A stretch of 64,000 nt of DNA. Source: Thermoanaerobaculia bacterium (lineage in GTDB: Bacteria > Acidobacteriota > Thermoanaerobaculia > UBA5066). The notes under the pieces are model-generated. The model saw only the letters and a program-made list of their open reading frames with translations. It ran no database searches and was not told where the DNA came from. Where the stretch lies: assembly GCA_963719225.1 (NCBI GenBank), contig CAVRAY010000001.1:480001-544000 (forward strand), given 5' to 3'. Position numbers and translations under genes: made by a program. Numbering within the stretch: position 1 is the first letter of the stretch; each line of letters starts with the position of its first letter. Positions 50,664-61,102 of this stretch are shown in pieces.

Positions 50664-52054
50664 TGGAGCTCCGGCGAGTCCTCGGTTTCCGGGACCTCGT
50701 CTTTTTCTACACGCTGACGTGCTTCAGCCTCCGGTGGATCGCGACGGCCGCCGAAGCGGGACCGTCTTCGCTCGTGGTCTGGGTGCTCGCGGCTCTCGGG
50801 CTCTTCGTGCCGCTCGTGGCGTCGGTCCTGGAGCTCTCCTCGCGATACCCGGAGGAAGGCGGCCTCTACGTGTGGACGCGTCGGGCGTATGGGGACTTCC
50901 CGGGCTTCATGGCGGGATTCCTCTACTGGGCGAGCAATCTGCCGTTCTTTCCGGCTCTCCTCTATTTCACGGCCGCGAACGCGCTCTTCCTCGGAGGTGA
51001 AAAGGGCGCCGCGCTCCAGGAGAGCCGCGGCTTTTTCCTGGCGTTCTCGCTCGTCGGGCTGGTCCTCGCGACCGCCGTGAACGTCCGCGGCCTCAGGTAC
51101 GGCACGTGGCTGCACAACGCCGCCGCGGTCGCGACGTGGATCCCGGCGATCCTCCTCGTCGTCTCGGGCGGCGTCGTGTTCGCCCGATTCGGCTCGATGA
51201 CGTCCTTTTCCGCGATGCACCTCGTTCCCTCGGCCGGCTTCCAGGACGCCCTCTTCTTCTCCACGATCGCATTCGCATTCGGTGGAATCGAAACCGCGTC
51301 GTTCCTCGGCGACGAGATCCGCGATCCGCGCCGCAACCTGCCTCGCGCCCTCCTCGTCGTGGGCGCGCTCATCACGGCGACCTATCTCGCGGGGACGGCG
51401 AGCCTCCTCGTGGCTTTGCCCGCGAGCGAGGCGAGCGGGCTGACGGGCATCACGCACGCGGTCGCGGCGGCATCGGCGAAGGCGGGGCTGCCGGGAATGG
51501 GAACTCTGGCCGCGCTCCTCATCACGCTCGCTGGAGTCGGCGTGACGGGCGCGTGGCTGGCGACGGCGTCCCGCCTTCCGTTCGTCGGCGGGCTCGACCG
51601 TTTCCTGCCGCCCGCGTTCGCGAAGATCCACCCGAAATGGGGCACGCCCGCCGTCGCCATCCTCGTGCAATCGGGCCTTTCCGCTGTTTTCGTGCTCCTC
51701 AGCCAGGCCGGAACCGGGGTGAAGGGCGCCTACGACGCCCTCGTCGCGATGAGCGTGATCGCGTACTTCGTGCCGTTCCTCTTCCTCTTCGCGTCCACGA
51801 TCCGGCTGTCGAAGGCGCCGCTTCCCGACGGCGCGATCCGCATCCCGGGCGGCCGGCCCGTCTCGGTCGCCCTCGCCTGCGTCGGCTTCTTCACGACGAC
51901 CGTCTCTCTCCTCCTCGCCTTCATCCCGCCCGGCCAGGGGCCGGACCAGGTCTTCGCCGCCGCGAAGATCGTTCTCCTGACTATCTTCCTCGTCGCCGGA
52001 GGCGTCGCGCTCTATGCGTCCTCGGCGCGCCGGCGGCGACTGCTTCGGACGTAG
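50663..52054 (+). CDS. APC-family amino acid/polyamine permease
   Basis: ELSSRYPEEGGLYVW, FAFGGIE, IHPKWGTP; many TMs; TGATG overlap. Confidence 0.92.
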
Positions 52055-52138
52055 CCGCGCGCGCCCTCGCGGCCGCCTGAGTCCTCGTCCGTCCGCCGTT
52101 TTTCCTCCGTTACCCGGTGCTACGATCCGTGCGGCGCA

Positions 52139-52681
52139 ATGGATCCCGAGTCGAACGCCGCCTCCGGTCCGCCGGGTCCGGATTCCCTCACGTTCGAGGC
52201 GCTGTACGACGAGCTGCACGCGCTGGCGCACCGGCAGATCCGGCGTGCGCGCCCCGGCGAAACGCTGCGCACGACGGCGCTCCTGCACGAGGCCTACCTC
52301 AAGCTCGCTCGCGGAGCGTCCCCGAAGGATCGCGCGCACTTCTTCGCTCTCGCGGCGCGGGCCATGCGGCAGGTGCTGGTCGACCACGCGCGCAACCACA
52401 CGGCATTGAAGCGTGGCGGCGGGCTCCGGGTCGCGACGCTCGGGGATGTCGCGTCCGAAGTCGAAGCCGATGCCGCCGAGCTGATCGCGATCGACACCGC
52501 GCTCGAGAAGCTGCAAGGCGCGAATTCGCGGATGGCGCGCGTCGTCGAGCTTCGCTTCTTCGGAGGCCTGTCGGTCGAGGAGACTGCGGAGGCGCTCGAC
52601 GGGTCGACCGCCACGGTCAAGCGCGACTGGCGCGCGGCACGGGCGTTCCTCCTGGCGACGCTCTCCCCGGGCCCGCCGTGA
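52139..52681 (+). CDS. ECF sigma factor, kinase-associated (TIGR02999/ECF43-like)
   Basis: LYDELHALA, TTALLHEAYLKL, HFFALAARAMRQVLVDHAR, VELRFFGGL, TVKRDW. Confidence 0.93.
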   Translation: MDPESNAASGPPGPDSLTFEALYDELHALAHRQIRRARPGETLRTTALLHEAYLKLARGASPKDRAHFFALAARAMRQVLVDHARNHTALKRGGGLRVATLGDVASEVEADAAELIAIDTALEKLQGANSRMARVVELRFFGGLSVEETAEALDGSTATVKRDWRAARAFLLATLSPGPP

Positions 52682-55635
52682 GCACGGACGAAACCTGGAG
52701 TCGCGCGCTCGAGATCTTCCAGGATGTCGCCGATCTCGCGCCTGATGAGCGCGATCTCCGCGTCGCGGCTGCCTGCGGCGGGGACGAGGCGCTCCGCCGG
52801 CGGGTCGCCGATCTCCTGACGGCCGATTCGGAGGCCGACTCTCCTCTCGACGGAGGTGCCGCACGGCGCTTCCCGAGCCTGCTCGATGGTGACGACACCC
52901 CTCTGGATCTTTGGATCGGTCGGCAGCTCGGTCCTTACCGCGTCGTCCGCGAGCTGGGACACGGCGGGATGGGAGCCGTCTTCCTCGGTGAGCGCTGCGA
53001 TGGACACTTCGAGCAGCGTGTTGCACTCAAGGTCGCGCGCCTCAGCCTTGCCGGCGACGAGGCCATCCGGCGCTTTCTCGCCGAGCGCCGGATCCTGGCC
53101 GGGCTCGAGCATCCGCACATCGCCCATCTGCTCGACGGCGGCGTGACTCCCGAGGGTCTTCCTTACTTCGCGATGGAGTATGTCGAGGGAGTCCCGATCG
53201 GGGACTACTGCGACTCGCAAGAGCTTTCTCTTTCGCCGCGCATCGAGCTGTTTCTCGGCGTCTGCGCGGCGGTCGACCACGCTCACCGCCGGCTCGTGGT
53301 GCACCGTGATCTCAAGCCCTCGAACATCCTCGTAACCGCCAGCGGCGACGTCAAGCTCCTGGACTTCGGCATCGCGAAGCTTCTCGGCGACGACGACGAC
53401 GGGACTCGTACGCTCGAGCGCCATTTGACCCCGGCCTATGCCGCGCCCGAGCAGATTCGCGGCGAGCGAGTCACGACCGCGACCGACATCTGGGCTCTGG
53501 GTGTCGTGCTCTACGAGCTGCTCGTCGGACGTCGACCGTTCGCGGCCCGAGGGGGCCCTGAGGAGGCCGCGCTCGCCGTGGCCGGTGAGGAGCCGACCCG
53601 GCCCAGCACGGCGGTGCCGGCTGCCGGACCTGGCGGTTCGTCTCGTCGCCGGCTCCGTCGTGCCCTGCGCGGCGATCTGGACACCATCCTTCTCACCGCA
53701 CTACGAGAGGAGCCCGACCGCCGGTATCCCTCGGCTGCGGCGCTCGCCGAGGATCTTCGGCGGCATCTCTCCTTTCTGCCGATCCGCGCGCGACCGGACA
53801 GCTTCCGCTACCGCGCGGGAAAGTTCGCCGCGCGACATCGCTGGACGCTCGCGGTCGCTGCGACGCTGCTCGTCGCCCTCATCGGTGCTCTCGGGGCCGC
53901 GCTGGAGCAGGCGCGTGCTAAGACCCGTGAGGCGCGCGCCTCGCAGGAGGTGACGTCGTTCCTCGTGCGACTGTTCGAGGGCTCGGATCCGACCCTGGCG
54001 CGAGGCGCGTCGCTGACGGCGCAGGAGCTTCTCGACGAAGGCGTCGACCGGCTGCGATCCGACCTCGCCGGCCAGCCCGGGGTACGCGCCCGGCTGCTTC
54101 ACGCCATGGCGGCATCGTACGCGGCACTCGGCCTCTACGACCGCGCGCTGCCGCTCGCCCAGGAGGCGTTGCAGCTGCGCCGACGGATTCTTCCCACCGG
54201 GAGCGCGGATGTCGCAGAGAGCATGGACCAGCTCGGCGAGCTCTTCCGGCTCGAGGCGGACTTCGCCCGTGCGGAGCCTTTGCTCCGCGACGCCCTGGCG
54301 GCGCGTCGCGCGAGCCTCGGTTCGGACGACCCGGCGGTGATCCAGAGCCTCGGCCACCTCGGCCGGCTGCTCGGGGACGAGGGGAAGTTCGCCCGCGCCG
54401 AGGAGCCGTACCGCGAGGCTCTCGCCGCCAGCGAGCGCCGCTTCGGACCGGTCTCCCCGGAGAGCGCGGGATGCCTGGACGATTTCGCCACGAACCAGTC
54501 GGATCTCGGCCGGGAGACGAAGGCGATCGAGCTGCTGCGGAGGGCCCTGGAGACGCGTGAGAAGACCCTTGGTCCGGAGTCACTCGCGGTGGCCGGCTCG
54601 CTGAACAGTCTCGGCCTTCATCTCGACGGCGCCGGGGCGTATCCGGAGTCGGCCGCGGCGCTCGAGCGTGCGCTCGCGATCCGCCGGAAGGTCCTCGGGT
54701 CCACACATCCGCTCGTGGGCGCGACCCAGATCGACCTGGCCGGCGTCTACGACGACTTAGATCGCCACGACGCCGCCGAGGATGCCGCCCAGAGCGCGCT
54801 CGGGATCCTTCGGCACGCGCTGCCCGAGGATCACCCGAAGATCGGCGAGGCGCTCAATATGCTCGGGATCATCCGCTCCTCGCGCCGCGACTTTACCGGC
54901 GCGGTGCCCGTCTTCCGGGAGCTGCTCACCCGATACCAGCGCGTCTCGGGAAAGGGACACCCCGACACGCTCTCCGTCGAGAACAACCTCGCGATCACGC
55001 TCCTCCACGCGGGCCGAGCTCCCGAGGCGGAGTCGCTGGAGCGCGACGTACTGGCGCAGCTCGGCGGGGACAACGGCCAGGCCACGGGAGCCCTGGCGCG
55101 AGAGAACCTCGCGAGGACGCTCGAGCAGGAAGCGAGGCCTCGCGAAGCGCTCGAGCTCGCGCGGCAGGCACTGGGGCTGCAGCGGAGACGCGAAGGCATG
55201 GCCTCGGGAAACGTGGCCGTGGCCTTACGCGAGGTCGCGCTCGCAGAGGAGATGTGTGGCGAAGCGGGTCTCGCGGAGCAGGACTTTCGCGAGGGCCTCC
55301 GCCTCGGAGAAGGGCTCACGTCCTCCCGCGGCAACGTGACGTACGAATGGAGGATCCCGCTGGCCGACTTCCTCGTCGGCTCCGGCCGCTGTTCCGAGGC
55401 CCTCCCGCTGCTCGCCGGCGCGATCGCCGAGATCACCGGAGCACGCCGTTCCGTGGACCCGATCTGGCGGCTCCAGGCAAGGCTGCTCCAGGCGCGATGC
55501 ACGCAACCCTCCGGCGCGGGAGCCGACGGCGCCAAGGCGGTCCGTGCGGCCCTGCGCCTCATGCCGGCAGTCGAGGTCGATCTTTACCCTACCGCGCGGG
55601 ACCTGCTCTCCGCCCGCGGCACGTCGCTTCCGTGA
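52678..55635 (+). CDS. Membrane Ser/Thr kinase with extracytoplasmic TPR array
   Basis: GHGGMG, VALK, HRDLKPSN, DFG, TPAYAAPEQ; TM then TPR repeats; GTGA overlap with the ECF gene. Confidence 0.93.
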   Translation: MSTDETWSRALEIFQDVADLAPDERDLRVAAACGGDEALRRRVADLLTADSEADSPLDGGAARRFPSLLDGDDTPLDLWIGRQLGPYRVVRELGHGGMGAVFLGERCDGHFEQRVALKVARLSLAGDEAIRRFLAERRILAGLEHPHIAHLLDGGVTPEGLPYFAMEYVEGVPIGDYCDSQELSLSPRIELFLGVCAAVDHAHRRLVVHRDLKPSNILVTASGDVKLLDFGIAKLLGDDDDGTRTLERHLTPAYAAPEQIRGERVTTATDIWALGVVLYELLVGRRPFAARGGPEEAALAVAGEEPTRPSTAVPAAGPGGSSRRRLRRALRGDLDTILLTALREEPDRRYPSAAALAEDLRRHLSFLPIRARPDSFRYRAGKFAARHRWTLAVAATLLVALIGALGAALEQARAKTREARASQEVTSFLVRLFEGSDPTLARGASLTAQELLDEGVDRLRSDLAGQPGVRARLLHAMAASYAALGLYDRALPLAQEALQLRRRILPTGSADVAESMDQLGELFRLEADFARAEPLLRDALAARRASLGSDDPAVIQSLGHLGRLLGDEGKFARAEEPYREALAASERRFGPVSPESAGCLDDFATNQSDLGRETKAIELLRRALETREKTLGPESLAVAGSLNSLGLHLDGAGAYPESAAALERALAIRRKVLGSTHPLVGATQIDLAGVYDDLDRHDAAEDAAQSALGILRHALPEDHPKIGEALNMLGIIRSSRRDFTGAVPVFRELLTRYQRVSGKGHPDTLSVENNLAITLLHAGRAPEAESLERDVLAQLGGDNGQATGALARENLARTLEQEARPREALELARQALGLQRRREGMASGNVAVALREVALAEEMCGEAGLAEQDFREGLRLGEGLTSSRGNVTYEWRIPLADFLVGSGRCSEALPLLAGAIAEITGARRSVDPIWRLQARLLQARCTQPSGAGADGAKAVRAALRLMPAVEVDLYPTARDLLSARGTSLP

Positions 55636-55753
55636 GCACAAGGGAGATGGGAGCGCAGCGCCCCCGCTAAAGAGCTCGCCGCCGCCGCAACCCCCGCTCG
55701 ATGATCCCTGTCTCGCCTCCTTTCCGTTTCTTCCGGATGACGGGAGGTGACCC

Positions 55754-57331
55754 ATGAGATCGAAAACGAGGCGCGAAATCAGGCGAGCCGTCGTCGGCGG
55801 CATGGCGGCTCGAGCTGGCGTCGCCATCGCGGCGGTGCTACTCGCGGGCGCTGCGCCGGGGCAGGCGGAAACGTATGTCCTGCCGTCATCCGCCTACAGC
55901 ACGGGAGCGGGGGGGGCCGAATTCCACTCGGACGTCCGCCTGCTCAACGTCACGAGGTCACCGGTGACGGTGACGGCGACGTTCTACGACCAGGCGAGCG
56001 GCGCGACGTTGCCGGCTTCGCCATTCACGGTCCCGGCGCGGAGCCAGGCGTCCTTCGACAACATCCTCAGGTCCCTCTTCGGAGGTGGCCTTGGGTCGTA
56101 CGGCCCGATCCGGCTCGAGGCGAGCGGTTCTCTCATCGTCTCGTCGAGCGTGAACAACGTGAACGCGTGCGGGACGGGGGCGACTTCGGGGCAGTGGCTC
56201 CCGGGGCTCGCGCTCTCGCAGGCTCTGCGGGTCGGGATCCTGGGTCAGCTCGCGCTCAGCACGAGCTCCGCGACGGGCTACCGGACCAACGTCGTCTTCA
56301 TGAACCCGGGGACGGCGAATGCGACGGTGACGGGGGCGTTGCGGCGCGGGGATGGATCGCTCATCGGGACGGAGACCTTCCCGCCGCTACCCGCCAACGG
56401 ATTCCGGCAGGTCTCCCTCGGCGGCTTTCCGGGGGCCACCGGGACGACGGACACGAACCTCTTCCTCGAGTTCACGAGCGACCAGCCGGTCCTCTCCTTC
56501 GCGTCGGTCATCAACAACGCCTCGGGCGACCCCTTTGCGATCGTCGCGGCGGCCGACACCGCCAGCCAGGAGCTGACCGTGACGCTGCCCGGCGGCGTGC
56601 CGCTGGTGCTGGAGAAGATTCCGAACGGAACGTTTCTGATGGGATCGCCGGGCACGGAACGGAGCCGCGGGAGCGACGAAACGCAGCACCCGGTGACGAT
56701 CTCGGCCGACTACTACATCGGGAAGACCCTCCTGACGCAGGCGCAGTGGCAGGCCGTGATGGGGAGCAATCCGAGCACCTACTCCAGCTGCGGAGGCACG
56801 TGCCCAGTCGAGAACGTGTCCTGGAACGACATCGCGGGAAGCGGAGGATTCCTGGAGAAGCTGAACGCGGCGCTGGGGCTGAGCGGGGCGTCGGCATTCC
56901 GACTCCCCACGGAGGCGGAGTGGGAGCGCGCGGCGCGTGGGGGCACGACGACCCGATTCTGGTTCGGGGATGCTTTGGACTGCGACGACTCTCCGTCCGT
57001 CAGCACGTGCAGCGCAGACCCATACGTCTGGTGGACCGCGAACTCGAGCGGCTTGACCAGCGGGACGCACCCGGTCGGACAGAAGCAGCCGAACCCCTAC
57101 GGGCTGTACGACGCGAACGGCAACCTGTACGAGCGGGTGCAGGACTGGTACGGCGCCTACCCGACGACGGCCGTGACGGATCCCACCGGCCCCGCATCGG
57201 GCGGGGGTCGGGTCGCCCGGGGCGGCGCCTGGGATGTGGTTCTCGCGATCTGCCGGTCCGCGTACCGCGGTGGCAGCGCCGACTCCTACCGCTCCAACAA
57301 CATCGGGTTCCGGATTGCCAGGTCCCAATGA
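55754..57331 (+). CDS. Secreted protein: beta-repeat scaffold + FGE-sulfatase (SUMF1/CLec) domain
   Basis: GGGAGG RBS, signal peptide; GTFLMGS, PVENVSW, RLPTEAEWERAARGG, NPYGLYD, RGGAW, GFR. Confidence 0.9.
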   Translation: MRSKTRREIRRAVVGGMAARAGVAIAAVLLAGAAPGQAETYVLPSSAYSTGAGGAEFHSDVRLLNVTRSPVTVTATFYDQASGATLPASPFTVPARSQASFDNILRSLFGGGLGSYGPIRLEASGSLIVSSSVNNVNACGTGATSGQWLPGLALSQALRVGILGQLALSTSSATGYRTNVVFMNPGTANATVTGALRRGDGSLIGTETFPPLPANGFRQVSLGGFPGATGTTDTNLFLEFTSDQPVLSFASVINNASGDPFAIVAAADTASQELTVTLPGGVPLVLEKIPNGTFLMGSPGTERSRGSDETQHPVTISADYYIGKTLLTQAQWQAVMGSNPSTYSSCGGTCPVENVSWNDIAGSGGFLEKLNAALGLSGASAFRLPTEAEWERAARGGTTTRFWFGDALDCDDSPSVSTCSADPYVWWTANSSGLTSGTHPVGQKQPNPYGLYDANGNLYERVQDWYGAYPTTAVTDPTGPASGGGRVARGGAWDVVLAICRSAYRGGSADSYRSNNIGFRIARSQ

Positions 57332-57403
57332 CCCAAGGCGGAATCGGGCCCAAGTCCTTACTGATCGTGCTCGGCGAACAGCATCAACAAGGGAGTACGA
57401 ACG

Positions 57404-58144
57404 ATGAAGGGGTCACTTCGCCATGGTGTTCTCGTGCTCGAAGCGATCGTCGCATTGGGCTGCAAGAAGGAAGCGGCGCGGCAGGCTTCCCCGTCCACGG
57501 CTCCGGCGGCGGTTGTCTCGGCCCCGAGCGTGCAGGCTTGTGCGCTCATCTCGGCGGCCGAGGTGGGCACGATCTTTGAAAAGACGCTCGTGGCGACGGG
57601 TTCGGGCCGGGAATGTCAGTACGGCCTTGATCCCGCCGAAAAGGAGAAGCAGCTGAACGCGTTGAAGGGCGGCGCGGGCCAGTCGGGCTCGGGTGCGGAC
57701 AGCGCCGACCTCGGCGCTCTTGCGAACAGCCTGGTCAAAGGGGGCGGCTTCAAGATGCCGTCGGCCATCTCGGACCAGCTGCTGGTGAACCTGAGCCTCT
57801 CGCGCGACTCGCAGAGCGAAGGGCAGGTCAAGGCGATCTATTCGGGCGTGGGCAAAACCGTTCGCGGCGTCGTCGAGCCGGAGAAGCGCGGCTTGAACGG
57901 CACGATCGAGGTGGGCAAGGACATCCCTGGCGTCGGTGACTGGGCTTTTGCGACGAATGTCGCGTCGGTAAGCCTGGGGCCGGGATTCTCGTCCCGCGGC
58001 CGTATTCTCGAAGCGCGGCAGGGCGCGTGGCGCGTCACGGTTGGCGCGACGATCGCCCCCGATCCAGGTGAGCCGAAGCTCGACGGAGAGCTCGGCGATG
58101 TTGCGCGCGCGGCGTTCGCGAAGCTGGGGGTGACGGGACGCTGA
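57404..58144 (+). CDS. Hypothetical lipoprotein
   Basis: Lipobox-like ALGC; ACALISAAEV motif; GGGAG RBS. Confidence 0.7.
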   Translation: MKGSLRHGVLVLEAIVALGCKKEAARQASPSTAPAAVVSAPSVQACALISAAEVGTIFEKTLVATGSGRECQYGLDPAEKEKQLNALKGGAGQSGSGADSADLGALANSLVKGGGFKMPSAISDQLLVNLSLSRDSQSEGQVKAIYSGVGKTVRGVVEPEKRGLNGTIEVGKDIPGVGDWAFATNVASVSLGPGFSSRGRILEARQGAWRVTVGATIAPDPGEPKLDGELGDVARAAFAKLGVTGR

Positions 58145-58235
58145 AGTAAGGGTCTCCACGGCCCCTCGCGTCGCGGCACGCCGGGGATCTCGAGAACTGG
58201 ACCGGTCGTTCCATATTGACTACTCTCTCGCGCCC

Positions 58236-59711
58236 ATGTCCGCCTCGGTCGCGCCCCGCTTCGATCCCGCGCGACGGCGGGCGGTGACGATCGCTCTCCT
58301 GCTCGTCACGGCTCTCGCGTCTTTCGAGTCGACGATCGTCTCGACGGCGATGCCGACGATCATCGGCGAGCTCCACGGCCTGCCCCTCTACTCCTGGGTT
58401 TTCTCCGTCTACCTCCTCACGTCCACGGTCACGATGCCGATCTACGGGCGCCTCGCGGACGTCTACGGGAGGCGCCGCATCCTGATGACCGCCATGGCCA
58501 TCTTCCTCGCCGGAGCGGTCACCTGCGCGCTCGCACGCTCGATGCCGCAGCTCATCGTGGCGCGCGGCCTTCAGGGCCTCGGCGCGGGCGGGCTCATTCC
58601 GATCGCCCTCACCGTCTCCGGCGACCTCTACTCCCTCGAGGAACGCGCACGCGTGCAGGCCTTCTTCAGCGGCGTCTGGGGATTCGCGAGTCTCGTGGGC
58701 CCGCTGCTCGGCGCGTTCCTGACGGTGACGTTCGGGTGGCGCTCGATCTTCACGATCAACCTGCCGCTCGGCATCATCGCGTTCACACTCGTCGCGACGA
58801 AGATGATCGAGTCGCGCAAGCCGGGCTCGGACCCTCTGGACGTCGCCGGCGCCGCGACGCTGGCGTCGGGCATCGCCGCGCTTCTCTTCGCGGTGCTCCA
58901 GAGGGCGGGGGCCGGAACTCTCGGGGCCGGCGTTCGGCTCGCACTCGGAGCGTCCGGGCTCCTCCTCCTCGCCGTCTTCGTCCGCCTCCAGCGGAGGCGC
59001 GAACACCCGCTCGTTCCGCCGGAGCTTTTCCGCCACCCGCGGACCGCGGCGCCATACCTGGGCGGCGTTCTCCTGGGCACCACGATCTATGGGGTCGACA
59101 CGTTCGTTCCCCTCTTCGTGCAGGGCGCGCGCGGCGGGACCGCGGGAGCCGCCGGGGCGGTCATCACGCCGCTCGTCCTTTTCTGGGCGCTCTCGGCGGC
59201 GGCCGCCGCCCGCGTGATCATTCGATTCGGCTTCCGGAGGACGGCCCGCGCGGGAGCGCTCCTGATCCTCGCGGGGTTCGTCAGCCTGCTCGTCGCGGCC
59301 CGGCTCGACGCGCCGGTTCTCGCGATCAGCGCGGCGTGCGGACTCGTCGGCGCCGGTCTCGGGCCGTCGTCGCTCGCGCAGGTGCTCGCGATCCAGAACG
59401 TCGTGGAGGAGGGCCGCCGCGGCGTCGCGACGAGCCTCGTGCCGTTCTTTCGCACCGTCGGGGGGTCGCTGGGCGTGGGCGCTCTCGGAGGCATCCTCGC
59501 TTCCGGCCTGACGAGTCGGATGGGAGCGGCCGCCGATTCGGCGGGGGCGGCGCTGGCGGAGGGACGCGTGCCACGCGAGCTCCGGCTCGCGCTCGAGCAG
59601 TCGCTGTTCCCCGTTTTCGCGGTGCTCCTCGCCCTCGCAGCCGTGAATCTCGTCGTGACGTCGCGGTTCCCCGATCTCCAGGTGACGCCGCGGACGCCGA
59701 CGAACGCCTAG
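58236..59711 (+). CDS. MFS transporter (DHA2/EmrB-QacA-like)
   Basis: STIVSTAMPTI, GRLADVYGRR, RGLQGLG, WRSIFTINLP. Confidence 0.93.
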   Translation: MSASVAPRFDPARRRAVTIALLLVTALASFESTIVSTAMPTIIGELHGLPLYSWVFSVYLLTSTVTMPIYGRLADVYGRRRILMTAMAIFLAGAVTCALARSMPQLIVARGLQGLGAGGLIPIALTVSGDLYSLEERARVQAFFSGVWGFASLVGPLLGAFLTVTFGWRSIFTINLPLGIIAFTLVATKMIESRKPGSDPLDVAGAATLASGIAALLFAVLQRAGAGTLGAGVRLALGASGLLLLAVFVRLQRRREHPLVPPELFRHPRTAAPYLGGVLLGTTIYGVDTFVPLFVQGARGGTAGAAGAVITPLVLFWALSAAAAARVIIRFGFRRTARAGALLILAGFVSLLVAARLDAPVLAISAACGLVGAGLGPSSLAQVLAIQNVVEEGRRGVATSLVPFFRTVGGSLGVGALGGILASGLTSRMGAAADSAGAALAEGRVPRELRLALEQSLFPVFAVLLALAAVNLVVTSRFPDLQVTPRTPTNA

Positions 59712-59831
59712 ACGCTCCTCCGAGAGGATACGTTTGCAGGCCGCACTTCGTTCGCGAGATCATGGTTCGTCCCCGCGGCGCGCGGCGAGCCGAGCAAAGC
59801 GACCTGACCCCGGGAGATCTACAATTCGCCC

Positions 59832-60467
59832 ATGAGGGTCTTCATCTCCGCGCTCGTCTCCTTCGCGGTCGCAGCGGCCGGCCCCGTCGCCGCGCAGCAG
59901 GCGACGCCGACTCCCGTCGTCCCGCAACCGACGGCGACTCCCGTCGAGCAGCACGTCGTCGCGCCGGCCCTTCCCGATCAGCCGAACAAGGAAGGCGTCG
60001 TGCGACCGAGCGGATCGATGCCGACCGACGCGGAGGGCTACGTCCGGACGAATCGGGGGACGATCGACCCGACCACCACCGCGTCGCCGGCTCCAGGCGC
60101 AGCACCGGGGCCGGGGATCGCGACCGGAGCGGTCGCGGCGGAGGGTGCCCCCGTCACGGCCTCGGCACCGCCCCCGCGCGGAAAGGCGACCGTCAAGGCC
60201 GCCTACCTCTCCGTGCGCGGCACGGTGAAGGCGTACGAGAAGGGCGTCTCCCTCACGGTCGTGGAAGCCGACGGGCAGGAGCGCACCGTGAAGATCGCGG
60301 GGAAGGCGACGGTGTATGAAGGACTCGTCGTGGGCGACAAGGTCGTCGTGAGAATTCCGCTCGGGAAGCCCGCGGACGGAAAGACGACGGATCATGTCGA
60401 GCGGCAAAGACCCCTGAAGCCGCCTCCGAAGTCGAAGTTCACCCGGGCACAATCGCCGTCCAGCTGA
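59832..60467 (+). CDS. Secreted Pro/Thr-rich hypothetical protein with C-terminal small beta domain
   Basis: Signal peptide ending AAQ; VRGTVKAYEKGVSLTV...GLVVGDKVVV. Confidence 0.7.
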   Translation: MRVFISALVSFAVAAAGPVAAQQATPTPVVPQPTATPVEQHVVAPALPDQPNKEGVVRPSGSMPTDAEGYVRTNRGTIDPTTTASPAPGAAPGPGIATGAVAAEGAPVTASAPPPRGKATVKAAYLSVRGTVKAYEKGVSLTVVEADGQERTVKIAGKATVYEGLVVGDKVVVRIPLGKPADGKTTDHVERQRPLKPPPKSKFTRAQSPSS

Positions 60468-60480
60468 GCCGCGGACCGGG

Positions 60481-61062
60481 ATGCAGCGACTCTTCGTCCG
60501 CTCGGTCGCTCTCGTGGCCGTCCTCGCGGCGCCCCTCGCCGCACAAACGCCCACGCCCACGCCGAGGAACGCGGTCGAGCCGTCGGACCAGTCCGCCGTG
60601 GCCCCGGCGCTTCCGGTGCGTGCGGGCGAGCCGAATCCCGAGGTCACCCTGGGCCGGCCCGCCGCGCCGGCGACGTCGACGGCGGCGCCTCTTCCGGTTC
60701 CGCCGGAGCTCGTCCCCTCCTCCGCGAGAGAGGACACACCGACGGTCTCCTCGCCGCCGAGCTCCTTGTCGCCTGCCGCCGGGAGCGCGCACGCGAGGGC
60801 AGGAGTCGTTTCCGCGAAGCCGGTGACCCTCTCGCAGGGAGCGGCCTCGACCGTCATGAGCTACCGGAAAGGAAAGTCCTTGACCGTAAAGACGCCGTCG
60901 GGTTCGCTCGTGGGATACCGGCTCACGAGGGACTCGGTCCTGCCGCCCGATCTCGCCCCCGGCCGGTCGGTGCTCGTCGAGACGAAGATGGTCGGGAAGC
61001 GCCGTGTCGCGACGAAGGTGTCGTACGCCGAGGGACGCGTCGTCCTCACGAACGTGAACTGA
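60481..61062 (+). CDS. Secreted Pro/Thr-rich hypothetical protein, similar to upstream neighbour
   Basis: Signal peptide ending AAQ; TVMSYRKGKSLTV...DLAPGRSVLV. Confidence 0.7.
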   Translation: MQRLFVRSVALVAVLAAPLAAQTPTPTPRNAVEPSDQSAVAPALPVRAGEPNPEVTLGRPAAPATSTAAPLPVPPELVPSSAREDTPTVSSPPSSLSPAAGSAHARAGVVSAKPVTLSQGAASTVMSYRKGKSLTVKTPSGSLVGYRLTRDSVLPPDLAPGRSVLVETKMVGKRRVATKVSYAEGRVVLTNVN

Positions 61063-61102
61063 CTCTCCGGGAACCGGCGGACGTCGTGACGTTCTCCCTG
61101 AG

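Noticed and set aside
57200-57331. FGE-sulfatase/CLec C-terminus as a diversity-generating retroelement variable region
   Set aside because: The fold is a typical DGR target, but I found no template repeat or reverse transcriptase in the window; NNC codons are expected at this GC. A remote TR cannot be excluded.
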